From Nitrososphaeria archaeon (lineage in GTDB: Archaea > Thermoproteota > Nitrososphaeria > Conexivisphaerales > Conexivisphaeraceae), in contig JAWDMO010000003.1 in the NCBI GenBank assembly GCA_046536535.1, positions 1 through 32,000 of the forward strand: a stretch of DNA of 32,000 bases. The letters are read 5' to 3'. The position numbers were made by a program, and so were the translations under genes. Under the pieces are notes generated by a model that had not been told where the DNA came from, searched no databases, and saw only the letters and a program-made list of their open reading frames with translations. Each line of letters opens with the position of its first letter. Within the stretch, counting starts at the first letter, position 1. This document shows, piece by piece, positions 15,524 through 24,480 of the stretch.

Positions 15524-18079
15524 TCAGGAGAAGAACTCCTCTATGCTGGTTATTCCCATTATCTCCTCGAAGCTATAGCCGAGCGCGTCCAGAAGCTGAT
15601 CGAATGTTGAGCGCAGGTAGTCGATGTATTTATCCACGTCGACATCCTCCGGTCTCGCCATCGAAACAGGCTTCACGCCGAGCCCGCCGGCGGTCTTCAC
15701 GTATGATATTATATCCCCCGGTTTGACGTCCTTCCCGGCGTTCCTGAGGAGCCGGGCAGCCTTCACGTGCTGGGGCGTCGTATCCTTATACTGGTCGATC
15801 GACTTGCTCAGCATCACGTGGAACGCTAAGACGTCGAGCGGCACCTTCCTGTTTCTTATGTCCAGGTATGCCTGCCTTATCATCCCCCTGATCTCGGAGC
15901 TCGCGTGCTCGAAGTCCTGCTCCGAGCTGACCCTCGATAGCACGTCCAGGACGTCGTAGAAGACCTTCTTTATATAATCGGGTGTGTTGCTCTTCTTGCC
16001 GGTGAGCCCCTTGACCTCCACGCGGCCTCCCGGATATACGCCGATGTAGTTCTTCTTCCTCTCGCTGAATGCGACGTAACGGAACACCTTATCCACGTCC
16101 AGATCTATTCCCAGCTTCTCCTTCGCCCAGTTAGTGAGCTCCTTCACCTGATCCTCGCTCGGCGCCCTCACGAAGAGGGAGTCCGTGTCGCCGTAGATCA
16201 CCTCCAGGCCCATCTCCTTGGCATGGTTCAGCGTCTGGGTGATCGCCCACCTGCCATACGCGGTCGTGGCCTCGGCCACCGGCAGGTAGTAGAGGGCGAA
16301 GTTCTCGAACCCCATCACGCCGTAGCTCGCGTTGAGTATCACCTTGAGTGCCTGTGATATGACGGAGTAGAATTCCTTTTCCTCATTCGTGACCCCGGGC
16401 CTCTTTGAGAGCGCCTTGAAGTAGTCCACGCGTATGTCCCTGAGAGATCCTATCAGCAGCGACGTTATTCCGCGCCTCTTCTTGCAGATCCAGTGGGCGG
16501 TGTCCGGGACGCGCAAGGAGGGGTCGTCGCGGCACTCATCGTGCGGACAGCGCACGGTCTCATACGATATGTTGTAGACCTTTATTATGCTGGGATACAG
16601 CGACGCGAAGTCCAAGACCACGACGTTGAAGTGTATCCCGGGAACCGGCTCTATGACCAAGCCTCCCCTGTACTTCTTATCCTTTATCACAGCCTTCGAG
16701 TAGGAGATCGATCTGGACTCCAGGTCCTCCTTCCTCGGGACTATGGCGCCCCACCGCCTGTGCTCGAATATCAGCAGGCTCCTTATCCAGTTGGAGACGC
16801 TGGTCCTAGCGACGTCCGCCATCGGCATCTTCGCGACCCTCATCACGGTTATCAGGAGCCTCATCAGCAGGTCGTTGTTGAACTCCGAGAGCCTGTAGGT
16901 GAGCTCGGAGTCGGTGTAGTTGTAGTATGCGAGCATTTCGAACGATAGATCGTTGATGGAGCCCTCGAATTCAACCTTCTCCATCCCCAGCAGGGCCTCG
17001 GCGAGCGCGTTCAGCGTATGCTCTGAGTACCGGTTGTTGAACGCATATCCCTGTATGGCCCGATTGTTGAAGACCTTGTACAGATCCACGTGGATCCCGT
17101 GGCGGACGTGGGCCTCGTTGCTACCTAGCGTTATGGGGATCGCGTCCTTGGGTATCCCGAACCTGAGCGCGCGGTGATATAGATATGGGAGGTCGAAGTC
17201 GTCCCCGTTGAACGTCAGGATCACCGGATAATCCATCATGTCCTTGAAGAACGCTAGGAGCAGTTCCTCCTCCGAGTCGAACACGAGCTCCTGGACGTCC
17301 GGCGGCAGCCTGCGCTCCCCGACCTCGAGCTCCGGCCGCCTCAGCAGATAGACGCGTTTTACACCATCGCTCCCCACGAGCGAGATGCTGATCACCTTCT
17401 GATCGGCCCTCTGCGGATCGGGGATCCTGTCCATCTGCTCCGTGAATACCTCTATGTCCATGGCCGCGCGCTTCACCTTCGGGAACGGCTGGCTCAACAC
17501 CTCCGCCCACTCCTCTACGTAGCGCCTGAACTCGGGCTCGACCCGCTCCAGCGCGTTCGTGAGCGCGGCCCTGACATCGCCGGGGACCTCGAACGCCGGC
17601 GGCTTCACGACGCCGGATTCGACCCTGTAGAATGCGCCCGGATGTATCCCCATGTCGTAGATGTAATTCAGGTAATACGTTATATCGGCCTCGTACGCCT
17701 CGACGACGTCGCGCAGGCCCTTCCTGCCGCCCGATCCCGAGACCGCCAGCGGATCGTCAACGACTATCTTCGTGAACGGCACACGCCCGTCGTTCAGCAG
17801 ATCCATCTTCTCCTCCACGCGGAGCTCCAATACGTCGTCCCTGTCGCGGAGGAATACAAGTTCCTCCGGGGGCGCCCTTGTGTACAGATATGGCCTGTGC
17901 CCCGTAGTGTCGTAGTAGAACCGGATTTCCTGGGACCGGGGGTCGTAGAATTGCAGGTATGCCAGCTTCCTCTGCCCATCATAGCCCGCTCCCAGGAGCA
18001 GGGAATCCGGCACATCGTTGCTGTGCTCGGTCAACTTGGACAGACTTTCGATTAGCTGCGCGGGCGTGGGAGGATCCAT
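15524..18079 (-). CDS. polB: family-B DNA polymerase
   Basis: Exo I AMDIEV, motif A DFASLYPSII, motif B KVILNASYG, motif C YGDTDS. 851 aa. Confidence 0.95.
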   Translation of the reverse strand: MDPPTPAQLIESLSKLTEHSNDVPDSLLLGAGYDGQRKLAYLQFYDPRSQEIRFYYDTTGHRPYLYTRAPPEELVFLRDRDDVLELRVEEKMDLLNDGRVPFTKIVVDDPLAVSGSGGRKGLRDVVEAYEADITYYLNYIYDMGIHPGAFYRVESGVVKPPAFEVPGDVRAALTNALERVEPEFRRYVEEWAEVLSQPFPKVKRAAMDIEVFTEQMDRIPDPQRADQKVISISLVGSDGVKRVYLLRRPELEVGERRLPPDVQELVFDSEEELLLAFFKDMMDYPVILTFNGDDFDLPYLYHRALRFGIPKDAIPITLGSNEAHVRHGIHVDLYKVFNNRAIQGYAFNNRYSEHTLNALAEALLGMEKVEFEGSINDLSFEMLAYYNYTDSELTYRLSEFNNDLLMRLLITVMRVAKMPMADVARTSVSNWIRSLLIFEHRRWGAIVPRKEDLESRSISYSKAVIKDKKYRGGLVIEPVPGIHFNVVVLDFASLYPSIIKVYNISYETVRCPHDECRDDPSLRVPDTAHWICKKRRGITSLLIGSLRDIRVDYFKALSKRPGVTNEEKEFYSVISQALKVILNASYGVMGFENFALYYLPVAEATTAYGRWAITQTLNHAKEMGLEVIYGDTDSLFVRAPSEDQVKELTNWAKEKLGIDLDVDKVFRYVAFSERKKNYIGVYPGGRVEVKGLTGKKSNTPDYIKKVFYDVLDVLSRVSSEQDFEHASSEIRGMIRQAYLDIRNRKVPLDVLAFHVMLSKSIDQYKDTTPQHVKAARLLRNAGKDVKPGDIISYVKTAGGLGVKPVSMARPEDVDVDKYIDYLRSTFDQLLDALGYSFEEIMGITSIEEFFS

Positions 18080-18094
18080 GGGGTCGGGAGGGGT

Positions 18095-18787
18095 TTGATG
18101 GTCCCTTTAACCTTAATGGAGGGTGAACTCCCCCAATGGAGGTTAAGGAGCGGAGGTTCCCTTAGCGATGTAGGCTGGATAGCCCCCGGCGCGAGTCAAG
18201 AATTAAAGGACGCCGTTCCACGGCCGGGCGTGGAGCCGCTGAGATCTGAGCGCGTGTTCTCGGGCAGGATATTCTCCGTCAGGCGCGACGTGTTGAGGAC
18301 CCCGACGGGCGAGATTGTGCGCGACGTCGTCGAGCACCCAGGGGCCGCCGCATTCCTGCCGGAGGCGCCGGATGGATCCGTCGTGCTCGTGGAGCAGTAC
18401 AGGCACGCCGTCGGGAGGAGGCTCCTGGAGGTCCCCGCGGGCACGCTGGAGCCGGGCGAGGCCCCCGAGGATTGCGCCAGGAGGGAGCTCCGGGAGGAGA
18501 CGGGTTACGAGCCCGACGAGGTGGAATACCTGGGGGACATCTTCCTGGCCCCGGGTTACAGCTCGGAGAGGATATACCTGTACCGCATCAGGGTCTCGAG
18601 AAGGGGGAAGGCGGAGCCGGAGCCCGACGAGGATATACGCACGGTGACAATGACGTTCGACGAGCTCCTTGCACGCGCATCTTCAGGGGAGATAGAGGAT
18701 GCGAAGACCCTCGCGATAACATTGATGATGGCGGCGCGGAAGGGCCTCGTCCGCGGTCAGCGCTCGGGCGCGAACTTGAAGCCGTAG
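18095..18787 (+). CDS. Nudix hydrolase, ADP-ribose pyrophosphatase-like
   Basis: Nudix box GTLEPGEAPEDCARRELREETGY preceded by the NudF-like segment FSGRIFSVRRDVLRTPTG. The start is uncertain (TTG at 18095 or downstream). Confidence 0.8.
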   Translation: MMVPLTLMEGELPQWRLRSGGSLSDVGWIAPGASQELKDAVPRPGVEPLRSERVFSGRIFSVRRDVLRTPTGEIVRDVVEHPGAAAFLPEAPDGSVVLVEQYRHAVGRRLLEVPAGTLEPGEAPEDCARRELREETGYEPDEVEYLGDIFLAPGYSSERIYLYRIRVSRRGKAEPEPDEDIRTVTMTFDELLARASSGEIEDAKTLAITLMMAARKGLVRGQRSGANLKP

Positions 18788-19155
18788 TATATTATGCCGT
18801 CAGTCCCGTCCTCCCTCAGTTTCCTTATGACGGCCCTCACGCGCGCCCCCACCTTGAGCTCATCTCCCGTGAAGTCGACCAGCTGGCCCAGCACGACCAC
18901 GCCGTTGTCCAGCTCGACCAGTCCGAACGTGAGGGGTCTGTACCTGCGGAAAGACGTGCCCACCTCGTTGGTCGTCGTGAAGCCGATGATCCTGCCGCCC
19001 TGCGGCATCGGGGCGCTGTCGAGTTCCCTGCTGCCGCACTTGGGGCAGACCTTGACCGGCGGGTAGAACGCGGCGCCGCAGGATCTGCAGATGGAGCCCT
19101 TCATATCGTAGTACGTGCGCTTCGTCCTCCAGTAAGCTATGGGCGGTAGTGCCAT
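18757..19155 (-). CDS. DUF35 Zn-ribbon/OB-fold protein of the archaeal thiolase/HMG-CoA synthase complex
   Basis: CRSCGAAFYPPVKVCPKCGS ribbon plus an OB-fold tail. Lies immediately downstream of the thiolase gene. Confidence 0.85.
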   Translation of the reverse strand: MALPPIAYWRTKRTYYDMKGSICRSCGAAFYPPVKVCPKCGSRELDSAPMPQGGRIIGFTTTNEVGTSFRRYRPLTFGLVELDNGVVVLGQLVDFTGDELKVGARVRAVIRKLREDGTDGIIYYGFKFAPER

Positions 19156-19158
19156 TGC

Positions 19159-20295
19159 TCAGCGCCTCCTCACGGCGGTCAGGACCGCCGTCCCTCCGAA
19201 GCCCCCGAGGTTGACGGCCACGCCCATCCCCGCCCCCTGTATCTGGTTGGCGCCGGCGTTCCCCGAAACCTGGAGCGCCGCCTCCGCCACCTGATAGACG
19301 CCGGCCGCCCCCACCGGAAAGCCCCTCGCCTTCATGCCCCCGAACGTCGATACCGGGAGCTTCCCACCCGATGAGAATACGCCATTCTTGGCGAGGGCCG
19401 GGGCGCCGCCCCTGGGCGCCGCGCCGAGCTCCTCCAGCTCCAGCGCTGCCATCACGGCGAATGAGTCGTGCAGTTCCAGGAAATCCGCGGCCGATGGGTC
19501 GATGCCCGAGCTCCTGGCCGCGGCCGCGATCGTCGCGAGAGCGGGCAGCGACAGCGGATCGCCGCGCGAGTAGAAATCCACGCTGGACGTCGCGTAGTCC
19601 GAGAACGCTATCTCCGCGTCGGCACCCGATGGATCCGTCGTCAGGAGCAGCGCCGCGGCGCCGTCCCCCATCGGCGGCGAGTCCATGAGCCTCACGGGGT
19701 CCGAAACGATTGGGGACTCCATTATGTGCCGGATCGTCACGGGCCTCCTGAACTGCGCGTGCTGCGCCTTGGCGCCGTTCTCATGCGCTATGACGGGGAA
19801 CTGCAGGAGATCCTCGTACGATGAGCCGTACCTCTCCATGTAAAGCTTAGTCAGGAGGGCGCCCAGCGTGTATATGTTGGCCCCGGTCATGAGGACGTAC
19901 TCGGCGTCCTCCGACATGGACATGGCCTCGAGGGCGTCCTCCGACATGGAATCCCTCACCTTCTCGACCCCCAGCACCAGTATGCGGTCGAATGCGCCGC
20001 TCCTAAGCATCCTGTACGCCGTCGCGACGGCCACACCGCCCGACGCGTGTCCGGCCTCGATCCTGAGCGCCCTTATGCCCCTGAGTCCCGCCCTCTCGGC
20101 GGCCAGGGCCCCCAGCTGCCCCTGTGAGAGCAACCTCTCCGCGGCCATGTTGGACACTATCAGCAGGTCCACCTCGGGCCATCCGGCCTCGTCCATGGCC
20201 CCCATGACCGCGTCGGCCGAGAGGTCCAGCAGGGACATATCCCAGTGATCCCCCACCGGCAGCATCCTCAGGGACCTGACGTACGCGCCGCTCAT
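19159..20295 (-). CDS. archaeal acetoacetyl-CoA thiolase (acetyl-CoA C-acetyltransferase)
   Basis: Thiolase-like fold with a Gly-rich C-terminus (GGMKARGFPVGAAG, NLGGFGGTAV). ATGA overlap with the HMG-CoA synthase stop. Confidence 0.85.
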   Translation of the reverse strand: MSGAYVRSLRMLPVGDHWDMSLLDLSADAVMGAMDEAGWPEVDLLIVSNMAAERLLSQGQLGALAAERAGLRGIRALRIEAGHASGGVAVATAYRMLRSGAFDRILVLGVEKVRDSMSEDALEAMSMSEDAEYVLMTGANIYTLGALLTKLYMERYGSSYEDLLQFPVIAHENGAKAQHAQFRRPVTIRHIMESPIVSDPVRLMDSPPMGDGAAALLLTTDPSGADAEIAFSDYATSSVDFYSRGDPLSLPALATIAAAARSSGIDPSAADFLELHDSFAVMAALELEELGAAPRGGAPALAKNGVFSSGGKLPVSTFGGMKARGFPVGAAGVYQVAEAALQVSGNAGANQIQGAGMGVAVNLGGFGGTAVLTAVRRR

Positions 20296-21350
20296 TGTCT
20301 GACCTTCCCCCTGTACCTGGCGTACGACGCGTAATCTATCTCGATCCCCCTCTCGACCATGCTCCTCACCGTCACGTGCGCGCCATCCCTCCTCTTTAGC
20401 ATGCCGTCCAGCACGTTTATGACGAACGCGTCGCTTCCAGCACCGCTGCCGAAGCTCGCCAGCAGTATCCTGTCGCCGGGCCTTGATACGTCGAACGTTG
20501 CGGCGAGCCCCATGAGCGCGCTCGCCGAGTACGTATTGCCTATCTTATCGTTCAGGAGGCCCGGCTCCAGCTGCTCCATCTTGAACCCGAGCTGGAGCCC
20601 CGCGGTTACCGGGAAGCGCGGATTCGGCTGATGGAAGATAGCGTATGCGAAGTCCCGGGGGTGATACCCGGTATCCTCCATGAGCCTCGACACGGATGAT
20701 TTTATGTGGTGAAAGTACGCCGGCTCGCCGGTGAACCTGCCGAGGTGGCGCGGGTACGGTTCACCCTGGCGGCGCCAGAAGTCCGGCGTATCCGTGACGT
20801 AAGACACGCCGTATTCGATCTCGGCTATCGGATCCGCCGTGCCGTGCCCCAGCACGTACGCGACGCTCCCGCTGGCCGCCGTATATTCGAGCTCGTCGCC
20901 CGGCCTGCCCTGTGCGGTGTCGGACGCCACGGCGAGCCCGGAATCTATCATGCCGGATCCCACAAGCCCCTCCACTATGTGCAGGCCCTCGGTCGCGGCC
21001 TTGCACGCGAACTCCAGATCAGCTGCCAGCGTGTATCTCTGTCCCAGCGCCTCCGCGACTATCGTGCTCGTCGGCTTCACGGCGTACGGCTTCGACTCGG
21101 TGCCCACGAATATCGCGCCCACGCTGTCGATCCCGGCCATGCGCATGGCCCTCCTGGAGGACTCTATGGCCATCGTGGCCGCGTCCTCATCCTCGTACGC
21201 GACCGCCTTCTCCTTGTTCGGTCCACCCTCGTCGCCGGTCCACACCCTGGCTATCTCTGACGTAGGTATGCGCCTGATGGGGATATACGCGCCGTAGCCC
21301 AGTATGTAGACAGGCCTGTTAGTCTTCAACCCACACAACGGCACCGCCAC
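20292..21350 (-). CDS. hydroxymethylglutaryl-CoA synthase
   Basis: The N-terminus ILGYGAYIPIRRI, EFACKAAT (active-site Cys context) and FHQPN are typical of archaeal HMGCS. Start is either GTG at 21350 or TTG at 21329; a TATA-like box (revcomp CATATAACC at 21353-21361) favours 21329. Confidence 0.9.
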   Translation of the reverse strand: MAVPLCGLKTNRPVYILGYGAYIPIRRIPTSEIARVWTGDEGGPNKEKAVAYEDEDAATMAIESSRRAMRMAGIDSVGAIFVGTESKPYAVKPTSTIVAEALGQRYTLAADLEFACKAATEGLHIVEGLVGSGMIDSGLAVASDTAQGRPGDELEYTAASGSVAYVLGHGTADPIAEIEYGVSYVTDTPDFWRRQGEPYPRHLGRFTGEPAYFHHIKSSVSRLMEDTGYHPRDFAYAIFHQPNPRFPVTAGLQLGFKMEQLEPGLLNDKIGNTYSASALMGLAATFDVSRPGDRILLASFGSGAGSDAFVINVLDGMLKRRDGAHVTVRSMVERGIEIDYASYARYRGKVRQ

Positions 21351-21421
21351 GTGGTTATATGTATTTAGAATGCCGTAGTAATATTAGGCAATAGACGAAA
21401 CAATCTCGGCCGACGTCCCCT

Positions 21422-21524
21422 CCCCCGCGAGGGGTCTGTACGATATGATGGGATGAGGCCCCGGCTCCACTACCCATACGGTGGATATGTCGATGCATAT
21501 CTGCGCGCCTACGTAGGGTGAAAT
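21422..21524 (+). repeat. orphan right-end omega-RNA-like fragment (copy C)
   Basis: CCCGCGAGGGGTCTGTACGATATGATG...CCCCGGCTCCAC...GCGCGCCTACGTAGGGTGAAAT matches the last ~105 nt of copies A and B. It ends 8 nt before the rpoP stop codon. Confidence 0.6.
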
Positions 21525-21531
21525 CCATCGT

Positions 21532-21696
21532 TCAGACAGCGGGAATCTGCTTGACGACCTCCGGCCTGACCTTCCTGAATACCCTGTAGCCGCATATGCA
21601 CTTGACGCTCAGATAACTGTCCAGCTCCCTCTTCGTCACCCTTGCACCGCATCTCACGCACTCGTAAACTACGTCCTCGGATTCCTGCGCCGACAT
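21532..21696 (-). CDS. rpoP: DNA-directed RNA polymerase subunit P (Rpo12/RpoP)
   Basis: Translated by hand (too short for the ORF track): MSAQESEDVVYECVRCGARVTKRELDSYLSVKCICGYRVFRKVRPEVVKQIPAV. It has the C-x2-C...C-x-C ribbon and the RVFRKVRP tail typical of RpoP. A TATA-like element (revcomp CTTTTAATAT at 21717-21727) lies upstream. Confidence 0.8.
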   Translation of the reverse strand: MSAQESEDVVYECVRCGARVTKRELDSYLSVKCICGYRVFRKVRPEVVKQIPAV

Positions 21697-21859
21697 ATGG
21701 CGCCGGCGGGAAATGCCATATTAAAAGATTTTCGCAATTGATGCCGCGTTGTACATCCCCCAGGAATATCGCTCGACGGCCGCCGTTCGCAAATAGTTTG
21801 CTGCATACACCCCTTCTTCGATCAATAGGTAATAATTCTATGTCGAATTTATAGGGTGT

Positions 21860-22446
21860 TAGGGGTCTGGGGGAAGCGGTAAAACTCCGACCTTCAGGGA
21901 GGAGATGAATTACGAAAAGCATATATGCATAGTAATGCTATAATTCCTCGTGGAAAGTCCTGCGAATAAGCCCTTCGGAGAAGGCATGCAGGATACTCCC
22001 ACGACAAAACCGGTCCATGACCGGTTTGGAATGCCTCCACAGCCCGCCCCAGGTGCTGTGGATAAAGGCATGTCCAGATTGCACGCAGACAGGGATGCGT
22101 GCAAGGGGAGCACTGATACCCCCAGAGGGGCAACGTTCAGGGCGGGGACGACCTCGAAACTCAATAATGGAGGCCCTGCGAAACGCTCCCCGACCGCGAG
22201 GGATGAGGGAGTAACGGGAAGCAAAAGTAGAGCCTCCGTCGCTTTAGAGAGGAGAGCATGTCAGCATGGTGAAGTGAATTGGGGGCGGGAATGTCCCGGA
22301 TGCACGCTCATCCCCGATGGAATGTGAACGCGGCGAGGAATCAACGCCGGGATCCGGGACGGGCCCCCGCGGAGGCCGAACCCCTAATACCCAAGGGACG
22401 AGCGGGTTCGGCAAGGAGTCGGGAAGCACGCCCGGACGTGTGCAGC
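21860..22446 (+). ncRNA. candidate large structured RNA of unknown family (boundaries and strand uncertain)
   Basis: No credible ORF in any frame. Consecutive perfect hairpins at 21950-22002, 22007-22027, 22031-22071, 22079-22104, 22376-22411 and 22426-22443; the last has a G-U pair that only works on the + strand. TATA-like boxes at 21848-21855 and 21921-21928. Confidence 0.4.
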
Positions 22447-23622
22447 TCACATTATCGAGGCCCTCTGTGGAAACTTCAGCTGGAGCACCGACAGGCCTTG
22501 GCCGGCTGAACTGTGGACGACCGACGGCTCCACGCCCTTGCTCCTCAGATATCCCAGGAACGCAAGGAACCACGGCGTGGGGGGCAACTTGGCAGGACTC
22601 CCGTACTCTATGGTCATTATCTTTGTCAACTGATCGTATCTCACGGATCCCCGCGGCAGGCTATCCCTCAGAAGGGCGCTCCACAGGACCATCGATGCCT
22701 CGGCGGGCTCCCCATCGATCTCGGGCAGCAGCTTGAGGAACCCGGAGTATGCCGCGTCGGCGATGGCGCCTAGGTCATGTATGGGGAGCGTCGAGAGCAG
22801 CGCCTCCAGAATTCCGCCGTAGAGTTCATCCTCACCTCCCAGCAGGCTCGCAGCGCCTGACATGCCGGTCCTCACGAGGTCCAGGAACCTCTCCAGCGGC
22901 ATCCCGCTCTCCCATAGGCCGTTGAAGAGCGCCCCGAGGGCTTCCACGATGATCGGCGATTCGAGTGCCATCCCCACCCCGGCCCTGCTGTCCAGGAGGA
23001 GCGCGATCCTGCCGTCGAACGTGAACGCGCTCCATCCTCCGCCGTGCAGCGCGACGCGCGTCAGCTCCGCGAGCTCGGTGATCTCCGTGGACTCCTCGTC
23101 ATAGCCGTCGACCACGAGCCTTATCTCGACGTCCCCGAGCGCGGCGGACCTGAGCTCCTTCTTGGCGCTGAGCGCCAGTTCTGCGCCCCAGTGATCGAGT
23201 ATGCCGTGCACCTCCCTGGAGGCGCCGGATATCAATTCCCTCAACCTTTCCACGATCGCGGTCCCCGCGACCAGCGAATATCTCCCCTCGGGGCCCTCCA
23301 CGGCGCCGATGCCCTTGCCCAGCCTCCTGAGCTCCTCGAGCGTCCTCCTGAGCCTCCTAGCCCTCCTCTCCTCCTCCTCGACCATGTCGCCCAGGACCTC
23401 ATCCGGATCCATCGCCGCGCACAGGAGGGGCCTGCCGTGCAGCTCCGCGAGCCCCTTCCTCTCCAGGGATTTCACTGCCTCGTAGACCTTCGTGCGCGGC
23501 ACCCCCGCCCTGACCGCCAGATCCGCCACCTTGGCCGGACCCCCCCTGAGGAGCGCTGCGTATATCCGGGATTCGTACTCGCTCAGTCCCATCTCCTTCA
23601 ATCTCTCCAGCACGCCGGCCAC
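22447..23622 (-). CDS. TrmB-family wHTH transcriptional regulator with an extended C-terminal domain
   Basis: (V)AGVLERLKEMGLSEYESRIYAALLRGGPAKVADLAVRAGVPRTKVYEAVKSLERKGL is a canonical TrmB N-terminus. The ORF is open up to 23742, but the family-typical start is the GTG at 23622 (or ATG at 23592). Divergent from cdvB. Confidence 0.8.
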   Translation of the reverse strand: MAGVLERLKEMGLSEYESRIYAALLRGGPAKVADLAVRAGVPRTKVYEAVKSLERKGLAELHGRPLLCAAMDPDEVLGDMVEEEERRARRLRRTLEELRRLGKGIGAVEGPEGRYSLVAGTAIVERLRELISGASREVHGILDHWGAELALSAKKELRSAALGDVEIRLVVDGYDEESTEITELAELTRVALHGGGWSAFTFDGRIALLLDSRAGVGMALESPIIVEALGALFNGLWESGMPLERFLDLVRTGMSGAASLLGGEDELYGGILEALLSTLPIHDLGAIADAAYSGFLKLLPEIDGEPAEASMVLWSALLRDSLPRGSVRYDQLTKIMTIEYGSPAKLPPTPWFLAFLGYLRSKGVEPSVVHSSAGQGLSVLQLKFPQRASIM

Positions 23623-23762
23623 GTCGTGTACGCCGCGCGCCGCGCATAAGTCGATGGGGGGCCACGTCGCTGGACGTCCGCGTCTAATGATTTTGTCACC
23701 GATTCCCCGGATATCGCGGTGACAAAACCGAGAACTAGTCATACGGGGAAAGGGTATCGAAC

Positions 23763-24413
23763 ATGAGCGACTTCGCCAAGAGGTGGCAGCAGGAGCCCAA
23801 GCAGGGCGTTGGTGCCCGGTTGAAGGACAGCATAGCCCCGGAGGGCCCCCTGAAGGACCGCCTGGAGCAGGCGATAAGGCAGATAAACATACAGGTATCG
23901 AAACTCGACGCGCTTTCGAGCAGGCTGAAGGACAGGGATCAGAGGCTCTTCGAGACGATAGTCAGGTACGTCCAGAAGCACGACACCACGCACGCCACGG
24001 TCTACGCGAACGAGCTGGCGGAGCTCCGGAAGATGGAGAAGATGATAGAGCAGGCCAAGATAGCGATGGAGCAGATAGTGCTGAGGCTCAACACCGCGAC
24101 GACGCTCGGCGATGTGGTGGTTACGCTCGCGCCGGCCATGAGCGTGATAAAGAGGGTCAGGGCTGGCCTGATGGGCGTGATGCCGGAGGCCGAGGGAGAG
24201 GTTTCGGAGATCAACAACCTGCTGAGCAGCATACTGGTCGATGCGGGACAGATGAGCGGCCTGAGCGTGAACTTCGAGACCGCCAACGAGGACGCCGAGA
24301 GGATACTCGCCGAGGCATCCGCGATAGCCGAGCAGAGGATGAAGGAGAAGCTCCCCGAGCTCCCGACCGGCTACGACACCGGCCTGGGAGTGGGGCTCGG
24401 ACAGAAGTCCTAG
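23763..24413 (+). CDS. cdvB: ESCRT-III / Snf7-family protein (CdvB-like)
   Basis: From memory it is closely collinear with Sulfolobus CdvB: GPLKDRLEQAIRQINIQVSKLDALSSRLKDRDQRLFE, YANELAELRKMEKM, ALEQ-type helix IAMEQIVLRL, GVMPEAEGEV. Confidence 0.85.
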   Translation: MSDFAKRWQQEPKQGVGARLKDSIAPEGPLKDRLEQAIRQINIQVSKLDALSSRLKDRDQRLFETIVRYVQKHDTTHATVYANELAELRKMEKMIEQAKIAMEQIVLRLNTATTLGDVVVTLAPAMSVIKRVRAGLMGVMPEAEGEVSEINNLLSSILVDAGQMSGLSVNFETANEDAERILAEASAIAEQRMKEKLPELPTGYDTGLGVGLGQKS

Positions 24414-24447
24414 GCCTGCGTCCCAAAACCTCCCTTTCGCCTTTCAA

Positions 24448-24466
24448 GCTATATCTCCATTTTTTT
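24448..24466 (+). promoter_or_regulatory. TATA-like box (GCTATATC) plus T7 run between the two ESCRT-III genes
   Basis: GCTATATC at 24448-24455 lies ~26 nt upstream of the TTG at 24481. The T7 run at 24460-24466 could act as an archaeal oligo-T terminator for cdvB. Confidence 0.35.
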
Positions 24467-24480
24467 CCACCTCATCACAG

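Noticed and set aside
18757-21350. HMG-CoA synthase / thiolase / DUF35 cluster considered as a possible novel system
   Set aside because: This trio is the well-known conserved archaeal mevalonate-pathway entry complex, so it is ordinary.
21951-21960. A GGAAAGUCC motif, identical to the universally conserved RNase P RNA P4 5' strand, inside the structured region
   Set aside because: The other RNase P hallmarks I can recall are absent on either strand: the ACAGAA...GGCUUA P4 3' strand, AGGGCA after P4, and the GGUAAG/GUGAAA P10-12 motifs. The motif also sits at the very 5' side of a simple local hairpin. I therefore did not call RNase P. cmscan should still be run.
22370-22446. Partial resemblance to SRP RNA helix-8 sequence (GCCGAACCCC, GGGAAGCA, GUGUGC)
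   Set aside because: CCGAACCC pairs locally with GGGUUCGG rather than forming an SRP helix 5/8 junction. There is no GGAA/GNAR tetraloop flanked by the conserved AGCA/GGUC loops. The similarity is probably coincidental.
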